Source of the DNA: Leucoraja ocellata | Taxonomy: Eukaryota | Assembly: GCA_036785375.1 (NCBI GenBank) | Contig: JAWMAR010000008.1 | Location: 14,074,001-14,138,000 of the forward strand | Direction: 5' to 3' | Length of the DNA: 64,000 bases | Part shown: positions 1 through 11,975 of the stretch, one piece after another | Layout: each line of letters starts with the position of its first letter | Numbering within the stretch: the stretch's first letter is position 1 | Position numbers and translations under genes: made by a program | The notes under the pieces: generated by a model | Databases searched by the model: none | What the model saw: only the letters and a program-made list of their open reading frames with translations | What the model was told of the DNA's origin: nothing

Positions 1-1409
1 TGTTATCCTAGCCCGGGCAAGTTTATGTCTGCTCTATTCAGTTTTTATACAACCTGTTGGAACTTATCAATAATAAAGATTCTTACTGGTTATGTTAGTC
101 ATTAAAATGGAACTGAACTCATTTACAAACAGGTTTCCTGTAAATAAGCAGACCAAAAATTCTAATACAGGCACGTGCTGAAATGTATTATGTGGCACTC
201 GTAAAATGCAATTTTATTTATTTTCTTCCTTATCTCAAGGGCTTTTCATATGGCATCTTTAAATTGTACTGGTTTAATACTCCATTAAAAAAAAAAGATG
301 TTAACTTACTGATGCTGTCAGCCTGCTATGGAAGAGACTAGCGATAGTACTTTGGTTATCCCATCTGCAAGTTACACAAAGAACACTGAGAGTTTGTGCA
401 ATTCTACCCCAGGAAATGGCACTGATGTTTTATGGCCCACTTGTTCCTTCTATGGACACTTCGATTCCTCTGTTACACTTCCAGCATGATTCATAACTGG
501 CTTAGTGCTTTAACAAGAAAAATGACACATTACCTGCCAAATCGTTACCTTGTGTGGTTGTAAAATATGATTTGTTGATCACATAATAAGGCCATAGTGA
601 TAGTTCATATCCATTTTCCTTACTTAATAGCTGGGCAAAAATTGTCAAGTATACCACCACCTGATAAGCATGTGCACATTAGAGGGGTTATTTACTATTG
701 TGATAAATTATAGTCGCATTAATACCTTTGGGAAAATAACTGACGTTCCTTGATCCAGGAATTGTTCTGTTTTGAAGAAACCACTTCACCCCTCCCACAC
801 CCCTCCCATTCCTTTCTAAAATCAGTCCTATAAACTGCAGGTAATCTGAAAAATATTGTTGGTAATCCTGAAAAAAATGGGTTCAGACAGGATGACATGG
901 CTTAAATGCAGCATTGTAGACCTAATGAAAGTTAGTGATGAATGAAATAATCTGGGAAGCATTTTATTTGGCTTTGGAGTCTGGGCTGCAATGCATTTAA
1001 GTTGTTTTTCACAAGTCTTGATAACCTGAAGAGCAATGGATACTGTCGTTCCTTTCTTTGCTGTGTTTTGATGACCAGACTTACACAATTAAACAGCATG
1101 TGGGTTTTATTCTTCCATCATTATCCACTGATTTCTGCTACAAGTGCTTGTTAGTTGGATGCAAAATCGCAATGAAGTAATCTCGGTAGCATCATGGTGT
1201 AATGGCTGTGGAAGCATTTGAGAACTTACAAAATCCTGAATCCTTTAAAAAAATATGGATTTGTATGTTATTACTTAGCGCCCAAGCTGCTGTTTTTATG
1301 CAGAAAAATAAAGAACGGTTTCCTGATTATCCTTTTGGAAGAAACATCGCCCGTCCTATTTGCTTTGTTTTGTGGTGACAGCCATTGTGTATTAAATCAC
1401 ACATGGGCA

Positions 1410-1930
1410 TTATCAAATAGAGAGTTGTACAGTACAGAAACAAACCCTTCAGCCAAACTCATCCATGCCAACCAAGTTGCCTATATGTCGGTCCCATTTG
1501 CCTACACTTGGCACATATCCCGCTAAACCTTTCCTATCTGTGTTCAATGTTGTAATTGCACATGCCTATACCACTTTCTCTGTCAGCATGATAAATATAC
1601 CTACCAATCTCTGTGTGAAAAACTTCCCCCTAAGATTCTATTTAAATCTTTATCTGCTCAATTTAAACTTGCCTTCTTATTTTAGATTCTCCTACACTAG
1701 GATAAAGACTGACTGTCTTTTTTTATCTCTGCCCTTCATGACTATAGAAACCATAAATAGGCCACCTCTCAGTCTTCTTCAGTCCATAGAAAAGTCCCAG
1801 CCTATCCACTCTCCTCTTATAACTCAAGCTTTCCAGTTCTGGCAACATATATGTTAATCTTTTCTGTGCTCTCTCTACCTCAATCACATCCTACTATAGC
1901 AATACTGCTCACAGTATTCCGAGAGCGATC
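1410..1930 (-). mobile_element. Degenerate CR1/HER1-like LINE 3' fragment
   Basis: Reverse complement resembles the CR1-type 3' tail seen repeatedly in the window (…ggctgaagggtttgtttctgtactgtac). Confidence 0.6.
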
Positions 1931-1954
1931 ATATGTTGCTAAAACCCCCAGAAT

Positions 1955-2050
1955 AAAGGTACACAAAAATGCTGGAGAAACTCAGCGGGTGCAGCAGCAT
2001 CTATTGAGCGAAGGAGATAGGCAACGTTTCGGGCCGAAACCCTTCTCCAG
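1955..2050 (-). mobile_element. Penelope-like terminal-repeat relic with mutated hammerhead core
   Basis: Near-identical to 16524-16615. The minus strand reads CTGGAGA-agggtttcggccc-GAAACGTT. Confidence 0.7.
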
Positions 2051-3035
2051 AATAAAGTACATTTAAGTGACCAGGCTTTGCACTATAAAGATCACCAAAT
2101 TGGACAATTGTGGCCACTGAATGGGAAGCGTTTACAAAAGAAGTTGAGAAAAGCAGAGGTAAAAATAACTTGGGTGTTACCTAGACTGCATGGGGTTAAA
2201 TTCTGACTGTGGATAAGAATAATAATGAAAAACAAATGGGATGTCATGATTATCATTAAGGAACAGCTCAGTTTAAGAATTTGTAGCTGTCTATCATTTT
2301 GTTGAAGTATTAGCATCCTGTCAGTTGTTTGGTTACATTATCTGTCCAAGTGGAGATGAAAGTCCCCAGCTGACTACTCACAGAGGATCTGCACGGAACC
2401 TCATAGGCTGCTGTAGTTAGCTAGTGATCAGATGTCTGCATTAGCAGTCATTATATTTGATTAGAGTTGACCTTTGTCCTCTTGGGTCAGCGAACAAATA
2501 CCCAGTGACTACTTTTTCCTCTCTCCAAGCAGGGTACCTGGATAGTGCTTTTACCTTTTTTTGCCACAGTGTAGGAGGTTATGGATTTTTTTGCAAAGCT
2601 TGTTTTGAGATCTCTGCAACTATCTTGCAGAATAAAATGTTCTGGTAAATGTGGAATCAGGTTCTGTTTATCTTCAAAACTAAAACAAGTATTCCCCATC
2701 ACTGAAAGGGTTCAAAATAAACAAACAGTAAATATGAATCAAATTAGAATCAGACTTAAATGTACAAGAGCTATCCATTCTTTGCAAAATGTGAACAAAA
2801 GATCTTTGAGTTTGGCATAACTTCTTAACTTGCTTATTACTTTCCTCCCTTTCTCTGCAGTTCAAATTCCACCTTCATTTAGCTGCCTATTTGCTGTGTG
2901 TGAATGTTGCTGGGACTCAACGCTGGCTGTTGCCCATGGTGCAGGGGGTTGGTTTGGTTGTAGGGAACATAATGCCTCAACCTGACCCAAATTATTTCCC
3001 ATATTTCCACAATTTCCAGTTGGTATTGATGGTTT

Positions 3036-3540
3036 CAGCACCTCATATTCCATTTGGGTAGCCTAAAACCCGATGGTATGAACATTGAATTCTCCAATTT
3101 CAAATAATGCACACCCCACTTCCTCTCTCCACCCTGGTGAAAACGAATTTCTCAAAACATCTCCCACCACGCTTGTCATCCTGCTCCTTCCCCCGGCTGC
3201 GTATGCCAATCTACTATCTCCGAATCCCATATCCCTTTTATTTCCTCCTCATTCCCGTCCCCCTGTCCCCATATTCATCCTTCTGCCTTTACATTTCACT
3301 CCTCTTCTTTCCTTACCGACATCTTTTTATCTTCTCTAGCCTTTGCCACTTACTCCACTCATCTGACAATCAGCCCCCACCCCATCACCTGCACACACCC
3401 ATAAGTTCCCAGACTTCGCCCCACCTCCACCTCTCCTTTCCACCCTTTCTCTTCCCCCTATTCCTAGGTTCCCAAATGGAAACATTGTCTGTCCATTCCA
3501 GATGCTTCCTGAACTACTGAACTGAGTTTCTTCTGCTCTT
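3036..3540 (+). mobile_element. Penelope-like element 3' fragment (end of GIY-YIG endonuclease ORF plus pyrimidine-rich 3' region)
   Basis: 3036-3107 translates QHLIFHLGSLKPDGMNIEFSNFK*, the L..L.P.G(M/L)N C-terminus typical of Penelope GIY-YIG domains. Followed by a C/T-rich tract and a decayed terminal repeat. Confidence 0.75.
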
Positions 3541-3727
3541 TTTTTTTGTTCAATACTTCAGAGAAAATCAAAATTAGAGCCCCAGCTCTGTTGCAATGGA
3601 GTTTCAGGAAGAAGAAGGAATAGTAAACATGTAACAGATTAGTCATCAGTTACGCTGGCCCTTTCACATTCAATTCCATCAAAGTCTGCAGGACAAAATG
3701 TCAGAAGGTGTATACAATTGTCAATTG

Positions 3728-3867
3728 TTTTTTTCCCCCATACCCTCCCCCCCCCCCCACCCCCGACATCAGTCTGAAGAAGGGTCTCGACCCCCTCCAT
3801 CGCCTATTCCATCGCTCCATAGATGCTGCCTCACCCGCTGAGTTTCTCCAGCATTTATGTCTACCTT
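3728..3867 (+). mobile_element. Short Penelope-like terminal-repeat insertion with 13-bp TSD
   Basis: Contains CTGAAGAagggtctcgaccc (from 3774) and agatgctgcctcacccgctgagtttctccagca. Flanked by caattgtcaattg (3715-3727) and caattgtcaactg (3868-3880). Confidence 0.75.
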
Positions 3868-4687
3868 CAATTGTCAACTGATGTGTTCTCGCACACTATC
3901 GCACTAATGACTGCTGAAGGCAGTGCAACCTTGGGATCTCTTTGTCCGAGCTCCACATCATAGGGAGAGATAAACGGCAGTCTGCCGAAAACCCGATTAA
4001 AAATGGGAAGAGAAAATCCGTACTCCGGTATTCGGATGTTTTGAGAAAATCTGCATTCCTGAGAAGTGATACTTTTTTTGTTGGCAAGTCATTATTCTAA
4101 AACAAGATTCAGCTTGTGTTGAGGTTATACAGCCTGCCTTCTACAGACACCCACATGCCGCCTTAGCAAAAGGCTCAATGTTATTCGGAGCACATTAAGT
4201 TCAATTACGAAATAATTTAAAATATTTACGTTATGGTTCCATAGAACCATTTCAATTTCTAAGTCCTTTTTGAATTGTTTTCTATTTATGCCTTAGTCGA
4301 CTTTGGCTAATTTTCCCTGGGTGGTGGGCAGTCCCTAATTACTCACTCAGCAGTTCATTATTCCTGAGAGAGCCTGCCAGTGAGAATTGACTTCAGGGTA
4401 TATCAGCTGATTTTACTCTATCGCCAAAGCCTTTTGAGCTGAAGACCATTCGAATGAAGAAGGATGGACATTTCATGCATTATGTTTGAATGAAACCATT
4501 GGTTCTGTAACCCAGATCTAATCCTCCTGCATTCTCCTCATAACCTTGAATCCTTCATCGCTAGAAATATCTGCCATCCTCCTGTTTTAACACATGTCCG
4601 TGCCTCAATCACAATGCACTGCGACGTTCCCGCAAGGGATCAATAAATAGCAAATGTGAAAGAAAGGAAAACACACATTTTTGCTCA

Positions 4688-5678
4688 TCTATACATAACT
4701 AAAGCTCTGATCTTGTTATCTTCCGGTTGCATGGTCATTCTATTTGTGCAAAACTCGCCGTTCTCCTGCGCTGCGATTGCACCAAGTTGCGTTCCGATCG
4801 ATGGTCTAATGTAAATTTTAGTGAGGTTTAAAAATATTAAAAACCGCGCATGCGCAGATCGATCTCCTCTCCTACCGTTCAGCGCCCCTGGATTGGTCTT
4901 TTCTCCTGTCACTCTGCGGGACAATCCGCCCCTTCCTGCGCCATCGCGTCTTTACTGGAGCGGTGGATGGCCGGCGGAGGTTTCCAACCGGACACAAATT
5001 TCGGAGGGACTGGAAACGGCCAGGCCCGGCACGGGAAATATCGCCAAATGGAAAGCGGAGAATCTGATCTCGACGGAGAACGACCAGCGACCAGCAACCA
5101 GCAGACCAGTGACTGCTGTGAGTCCACTCCAGCCCCTTCCCCTCTGGTCCTCCTTGCTGGCTCATACCCCCCTCCCCCACACCTCCCCTCCACCACACCC
5201 CCCCTCCCCCACATACACATCCCTCCCCCACACCCCCCTCCCCCACACACCCTTCCTCCCCCACACATCCCCCCTCGTCCACACCCGTCAGCTGCGCCTA
5301 CACAGTAATACCTGCGGGTTCTACGTCACAAGGAGAACCCAATGGGCGGAAATGGCTGTGACGCTGGAGAGCCGCTAAGAGTGAATGGGGGGGGGGGGGG
5401 GGGGGTTGAGGGGGGATGGAGTGAGTGTGTCGGGGGGAAGGGCAAGAAGTGGAGTGGGGGGGTGAGGGGAGGAGGGAGGATCACGGGCGTCACAGCAGGA
5501 ACCCGTCAGCCACGCCTGCGCAATTAGGGGCTATGGGTGAGTGGTGGAATAATGCATTTGGGGAACGGGTTGCATTGGGGGAACGGGTGAGTGGTGAAAT
5601 ATTGCGTTGGGGAATGGGTTGCGTTGGGGGACCAGGCCTCCCATGTGACTGGGACCCAACGGGTCCCACTTAGTCTAG
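4688..5678 (+). mobile_element. Non-autonomous Helitron, full length (copy 1)
   Basis: Starts a|TCTATACATAACTAAA. Subterminal hairpin GGGACCC-aac-GGGTCCC (5651-5667). Ends CTAG|t with no TSD. Homologous to 19192-19711 and 36591-37582. Confidence 0.85.
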
Positions 5679-6109
5679 TGTCGGTCTAATAACAAAGACT
5701 GATCAACCAGGATTAAGTTACTTCAAACGTGGATAACATTGTAGTTTAAATTCAAGTGTTATGCACCACTGATTGAGAGATTTCATGTGCATTAGTTTCC
5801 CGGCTGAAAATGTGGCATTATTTGAACAGAGCTGCAGCAAATTCATGATAAGAGCTTGAAAGCATCAATAGTAATTCATCGCCAATATGAATCTCAAGGT
5901 ATAATGGACCAGAATTTGGATTCTACCCATATTTATTGGGTTAAGCTGGCACTGCCCGAAGTATTAATGTTCATATGGTTTTGCAAAAACAAAAATTAAT
6001 ATTGGCCACAATAACTGTAAAATAACAAACCACATTTTCTCCTCCCCAGTAGAGGAAGACAGAAGAAGACAGGAGTAGGAGAGACACTGGAGGGAGAGAT
6101 AAAGGGGAT

Positions 6110-6630
6110 TATTAGCAAGGTGAAGCATAGGCATGATTCTCTCCAGCACCATTGTAAAACCAACTCTGCAAGGGATGGGCGGATTAGGAGAGAGGGATCC
6201 ATGTCACAAGGAGATACTGTTAGTTGGAGATGGCCATTCCCTGACGCTTTTGTGGCATGAATGTTACTAGCCACATATCAGCCCATGCCTGAAAGACGTA
6301 CTGCATGCAAACATGGACAGTTTTATTTGCCGAGGAGTCACAAATGGAACTGAGGAACATGCAATCATTGATGAGCATCCCTATTTGACCTTATGATAAA
6401 AGGATGGTCATTGATGAACCCATTTAAAATGATCAGGCAGAAGACACTGTCTGGATGATCTCCTCCAGTAATTTCCTGTGTTGGGCTAATTGACCTCCAA
6501 CACATATCATTATTTTCCTCTGTGTGCTTCATAACTCCAACCACAGGATTGTCTTCTCCTTCAAACTGTGTCTATGCCTGCAGTGGCACACCAAACAATG
6601 ATGCCATAAAGACAACAAGCCTTCAGAAAA
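6110..6630 (-). mobile_element. Old LINE (CR1/L2-like) fragment
   Basis: Resembles degenerate endonuclease/RT-linker-type LINE sequence on the minus strand. Weak, by-eye recognition. Confidence 0.35.
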
Positions 6631-9143
6631 CTCATGGAGGGAGGAGTTCCCAGCCAAAGTGCCTGTCTGAATGTCAGGTAGAAAATAAATCAATCGCCTT
6701 AACAATATATTGATGTGATTAAAACAAAACAATCAATTTTTTCAAACTTTGTCTTTTATAATATTGACTCCAAAGTCAATTCTGTACAAAAGAAATAGAG
6801 TAGGAAATGTGCCTGACTAACGGAAACTGCAGACTCCTGATGCAGTCGACAGGCTGGATTGGACCTTGTCCCCTGGGCAGAAGGATGAGCCACAAGGTAA
6901 TCGCACAGTACTCTGACCACTCCTCTGGGACACACTAATGAAGCATAAGAGAAATACAATCTTCAAACTGGCTGATTGTTAGAAAACTTTAATAATTAAT
7001 TAGTGTACAGCTATTGCACCCCAGGGTCAGGAATCAAGAAAGCATCTTCAAGCAGCTTTATGTGCGACACTGAGTGGCCGTGTTCAGGATGTAAGTGGGA
7101 AGAAAATGATCTTTGTTCAGCTAATTTTACAAAGTGGGAAAGAAAGAGAGCAAAGAAAAATTGCAGACTGTGATTTCAGTTCTAATGTTTGTGCAAGCTA
7201 CTGTATTTTTGTTTGTATGGGAGTTTTTTTCATATCTTGTGAATTGCACGGTCTTCCATGAGCATCTCTGCCAGCAATACCCATGGCCCGTCTGTAGATG
7301 TGAACACCTGATCATAATTTATTTACTCTGAATGCGTACAGAGAATCAGCTTTGAAGACGGAAGCTAATGGTGACTGAATCCCACTGTTAGTGCATGAGC
7401 TTTTGACATTTTGTACTGGTGTTTTGGGACCGTGCTCTGCAATTCAGCCTATTTTTCCACAAAAATGCCCTTGCCTATATAATTAAAGGGCCTGCTGTTA
7501 CCTATAATCAGGGTCATTGTTCTCAGTAAGTGAATATGTCAAGTCCTGTATTTATCAAATGATATTATGGTATGTTTTCAGCAGTACTCGGAGATAATTT
7601 TTGTGATTATCTACGAAACCTTTGACCTTTGGTATTGTAGATAGAATTGAATTCTGGGATAACACAGTAAGTGTATAAAAACCCATAATGAGAAAATACA
7701 GACACAATTCTGGATTAAAATATTTTGATTTGTCATTATGCATGAATCTGAGAGTCTTAGTGTCTGTATATGCATATGCAAAAGGACAAATGGTGTGGGG
7801 CAACTGGTCTGTGTCAATGTGCTGTAGGCTTTATTTATGCATGAAATAATATTGAAGCATATTTTACAGAAGTTGATAAAAAATGAAAGTGTGTACAATT
7901 TTTTAAGGGCATTACTGTATTTGATGTTAATAGGCTGCACCTGATGAAGAATGAATGACTTTTCCAAAGGAGATTTCCATGTTGTAAATCCTTTTATAAT
8001 AGGCTCTGGAGAGGATGAGACAGTATGTATATGCTACATGACTAATGGCAAGAGCTCTCATATTAAACACTGTGACTGCACTCCACTCAGCTGTTTATGG
8101 CTCTCACTCACTTCCTGATAACTGAATGATTATTGGCAAACAGGTTATTCAGTGAACAGGAAACAACTGCTTCTCGTTATGTTGACATGAGCAGACACAA
8201 TCCGTCTCCAACAGATTTCTCCTCGTGTCTCCTGCACAAAGCGGTTCAGACCACAGTATGTAATCATTAAAGAGGAATTGAACTCATAATTGTAATTGGT
8301 GGTCAGGTGAAATGTCATTTGCTCGTGCTGCAATGCCCTGGTCTTATTTCTGTGAAGAGCAGGTCAGAGCCATACTGACTTCTTCTTCGGATGTTGAGGA
8401 AATGATTGCGGAGAGGAATTTCCTGCTGCAAGCACTTCCTTCATAAATTTGATTGTTCTGTGGACAGGAAGCATTTGCTATAACTAGGTCTTTCCCACAG
8501 TTACATCAACAGATCTAAAATAGAGGCCAATATCTCACGACTGAATATTTCAAAAGCCACTCACTGATGTTGTCTGTGGGAGCCAAGAGCACTACAGGAC
8601 CTAGGAATAGATTGCAAACAGTTGTCAAAGTTCTCAGTTTTTGGCTGATTTTAGAGATCTAAGGCCAAGCCAAAATGTACATTTTGGATTCTGCACTGAA
8701 GAATTTTCATTCATGTCCTTCTGCACTGATTGAGTTGTATTTTAATTTTCTTGCTATACTCATAAAAACGTTTCACACATTGATGCCCTTAAGTGGTTGA
8801 TACAGTCTTTGCAAGCAAGAACTTGAGGTCTTCCATGGATCTTGGGGTGTGTCGACCCGCAGGAGAGAGCCACTATTGATAGAAAGATCCCAGGAGAATC
8901 GTTTAATTACATAGGATCCCTTGGAGTGTGCCAGTATATCTAGTGGACCCTAACATCCATACCAGTATTTGCAGGAGCTCTCAGGATTATGTAGATATTC
9001 CAAGGGGTCACTGGGAATATTGACAGGCCACCCACCAGGAACGTCACTGCTGTTCCACCTGCTGAAATAAAAAAAGAGATAAAGGAACTTGATAAAAAGT
9101 GAAAAAATATCCATCTTAGGTTGTCAGCCACAAATGCTAATGA

Positions 9144-9371
<228 letters not shown>

Positions 9372-9477
9372 TAACAGTTTAAAAAGTCCCACTAATCCAT
9401 CAATCCTGTGCTAGTTAGCTTGCATTGGCTCTTGTTCTGGGACAGGCTTATATTTAAAATGTTCATCTTTATTCTTA

Positions 9478-9692
9478 NNNNNNNNNNNNNNNNNNNNNNN
9501 NNNNNNNNNNNNNNNNNNNNNNNNNNNNNNNNNNNNNNNNNNNNNNNNNNNNNNNNNNNNNNNNNNNNNNNNNNNNNNNNNNNNNNNNNNNNNNNNNNNN
9601 NNNNNNNNNNNNNNNNNNNNNNNNNNNNNNNNNNNNNNNNNNNNNNNNNNNNNNNNNNNNNNNNNNNNNNNNNNNNNNNNNNNNNNNNNNNN
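9478..9692. other. Assembly gap
   Basis: Run of N. Confidence 1.
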
Positions 9693-9879
9693 CTCAGAGA
9701 TCTCCACTTGCAATTTCTTCCAAAAACATAATTTCTATTGCCTTACTATTGGTAAGTATTGCTGAATGTGCGTTATTTTTGATTATTTTCTATAGACAAA
9801 TTGAATCTAGATTAAATTATTACGTCAATTTAACTTTTTGTTAGTGATTTCTAGCTCACTGGCACACCAGAAAGCATAC

Positions 9880-10337
9880 AGAAGAGGTTTACCAGAATGC
9901 TGCCTAGATTAGGGGAGATTAGCCATAAGGGGAGGTTGGATAGACTTGGTTGTTTTTGCTGGAGCGCCAGAGATTGAGGGGTGGCCCGTTAGAATTTTAA
10001 AAATTATGAGATGTATCGATTGTGTAGACAGTCAACAACCTTTTTTTCAGAGTAGAAATGTTAAAACTAGGGAGATTAGTTAGAAGGTGAGAGAGGCAGG
10101 GTATAAAGGAGATGCGTGGGGCCATTTCTTTACACAGAGTATGATGGGGGCCTGGAATGGGCAGCCAGGGGTGGTTGTGGATGCAGATACGATAGTGGCA
10201 TTAAAGAGACTGTCAGATATCACTCCATTTGGGCTATTGATCACATGAAGGAAGAGAGGATAAGTTTAATTTGTCATCAGGCTTGGCACAGACAGTGGGC
10301 TGAAGGGCCTGTTCCTGTGCTGTACTGTTCTATGTTC
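9880..10337 (+). mobile_element. CR1/HER1-like LINE 3' end
   Basis: cagaagaggtttaccagaatgctgcct (QKRFTRMLP) RT C-terminal region. Ends with the gggctgaagggcctgttcctgtgctgtactgttctatgttc tail shared with 20715-21070. Confidence 0.8.
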
Positions 10338-11579
10338 ACTGTCTCAATTATGCTTGTGATGTTTCTAAGGCTGAGCTATCCAATTAGTCCCACTCTAGCT
10401 CTATATCCACAGCCCTGTAAAATTTTCCCTTCAAGGTTTTATCCTTTTGGATGTTAATCTACAGCATTTGCTGTTCAGTCAGCTTGCAAGGTAAACCTGG
10501 GGCTGTGATGCCTTAGGTCTCCTGGGCAGCAACTGTGACACTATCACTTTGAAACGTGATTTATTTGTCAGTATATCGTAATCCATCTTTGTTTCTGCGG
10601 CCTCAACTTTAAAAGAAGTTAATTCTCAAAACAACCACTTTAATTGTGTGAACGGAATAGAATCTTAGTCTGTCTCTTCAGTATGCAGGAAAAAGCAAAA
10701 GGTCATTAATTATCCTGATCACTCTGTTCCCCTTTCCCATCACATTGGTCTTGCAAAACCTATGAGCGGGAGTCCAGAATAATACATCGACTTTCTAATG
10801 CAATGTCATTTATGCTGTAGTGAATTTATCCCCTCCTCTCAGGGGAGGAGGGAGAATAACTCACGTGCCTTTAAAGGCTACAGGAGGACAGTCCCAAGGG
10901 AAGGCTGTCCCAGACAGGTTTTAATACAAGAAAAGGTGATGCAAACATTACTGTGCCGTGTTGTAGAGCAGCTGTTGCTGAAATCTCCTCTTCAGCATGC
11001 AGTGCAGTTAATGCGTGCTGTCAGAATGCAAGGTAGGTACAATATGTCTGCATTGGATGGAACAGCCGGTTCAACAGTAACAGCTGTCCATAGCCTCAGT
11101 GAAAACTGCACAAGCATCTGCTCATTTTTCAGCTCTGCAACACTGATGGTGTCGCTGCTTAATCTATAAAGCTGCTGTTTTTTCCCCTCTGTATTTATGA
11201 AAAAGTAATTGCCATGTTGTGAAAATATAGAGCAGCGTACATGTGCGGGATTCTTTTATTTTCTTTTGAAAAGATCTCTAACTTTTTTCACTCTAAATGG
11301 AACAGTAGAGGCTGACCATTTGGGAGACGTCTGTTCAATTCACAGTGATCCAACCTGTACTGTATCCTGCCCTCTACTTCCTCTTATGCACCAGGCTTCC
11401 CAACCAACTTCAGAAGCCAGCATACGTTTTCCTCTCACACTGTGTTGAAGACACTAATAGCAACAAGTTTTAAGATCCGCTTTCAAGAGAGTTTTACAGA
11501 TATTTCCACACCATGGCTTTTAAATAACCATAGTTGAAACTAAACCCATGATTCCTGACAAATATATAGTCATAGGGTA

Positions 11580-11975
11580 GTAATCTAGTCAAGCAATTCA
11601 CATATTTTATATAAATAATGATGGATACCCGAGAGCGGATTCTAGGCAGGAATCTAATTTAGAGTGCCAAATCATTTATATATAAAAAAATAATAGGCAA
11701 ACAGGAGTAAGTTACAGGCTAGAATCTAATCTAGAGTTTCATGTGGTTTATAAATATAGTAATGGACACCTGCGAATGAGTTTCAGACAGGAATCTAATT
11801 GAGGGATGGTTTGGTAATTAAAGAGTTCAGGTATCTATTCCATACAGATAAATAATGACCAGGCAAAGATTATAGGTTGGAATCTAATTGAGGCATTCAG
11901 GTGAAAAGGAAATAGAATAATGCAAACCAAGAGGTGATGATATATCATTAATCTAATGAGAGGGTTCAGGAGCCC
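11580..11975 (+). repeat. Degenerate ~69-bp tandem repeat, about 6 units
   Basis: AATCTA(A/G) anchor at 11582, 11651, 11723, 11792, 11881 and 11950, with recurring tttatata..aataa and caggc/ctagg motifs. Confidence 0.75.

Noticed and set aside
11580-11975. CRISPR-like repeat/spacer appearance
   Set aside because: The locus is eukaryotic, the 'spacers' are homologous to each other, the anchor is only 6-8 bp, and there are no cas genes.
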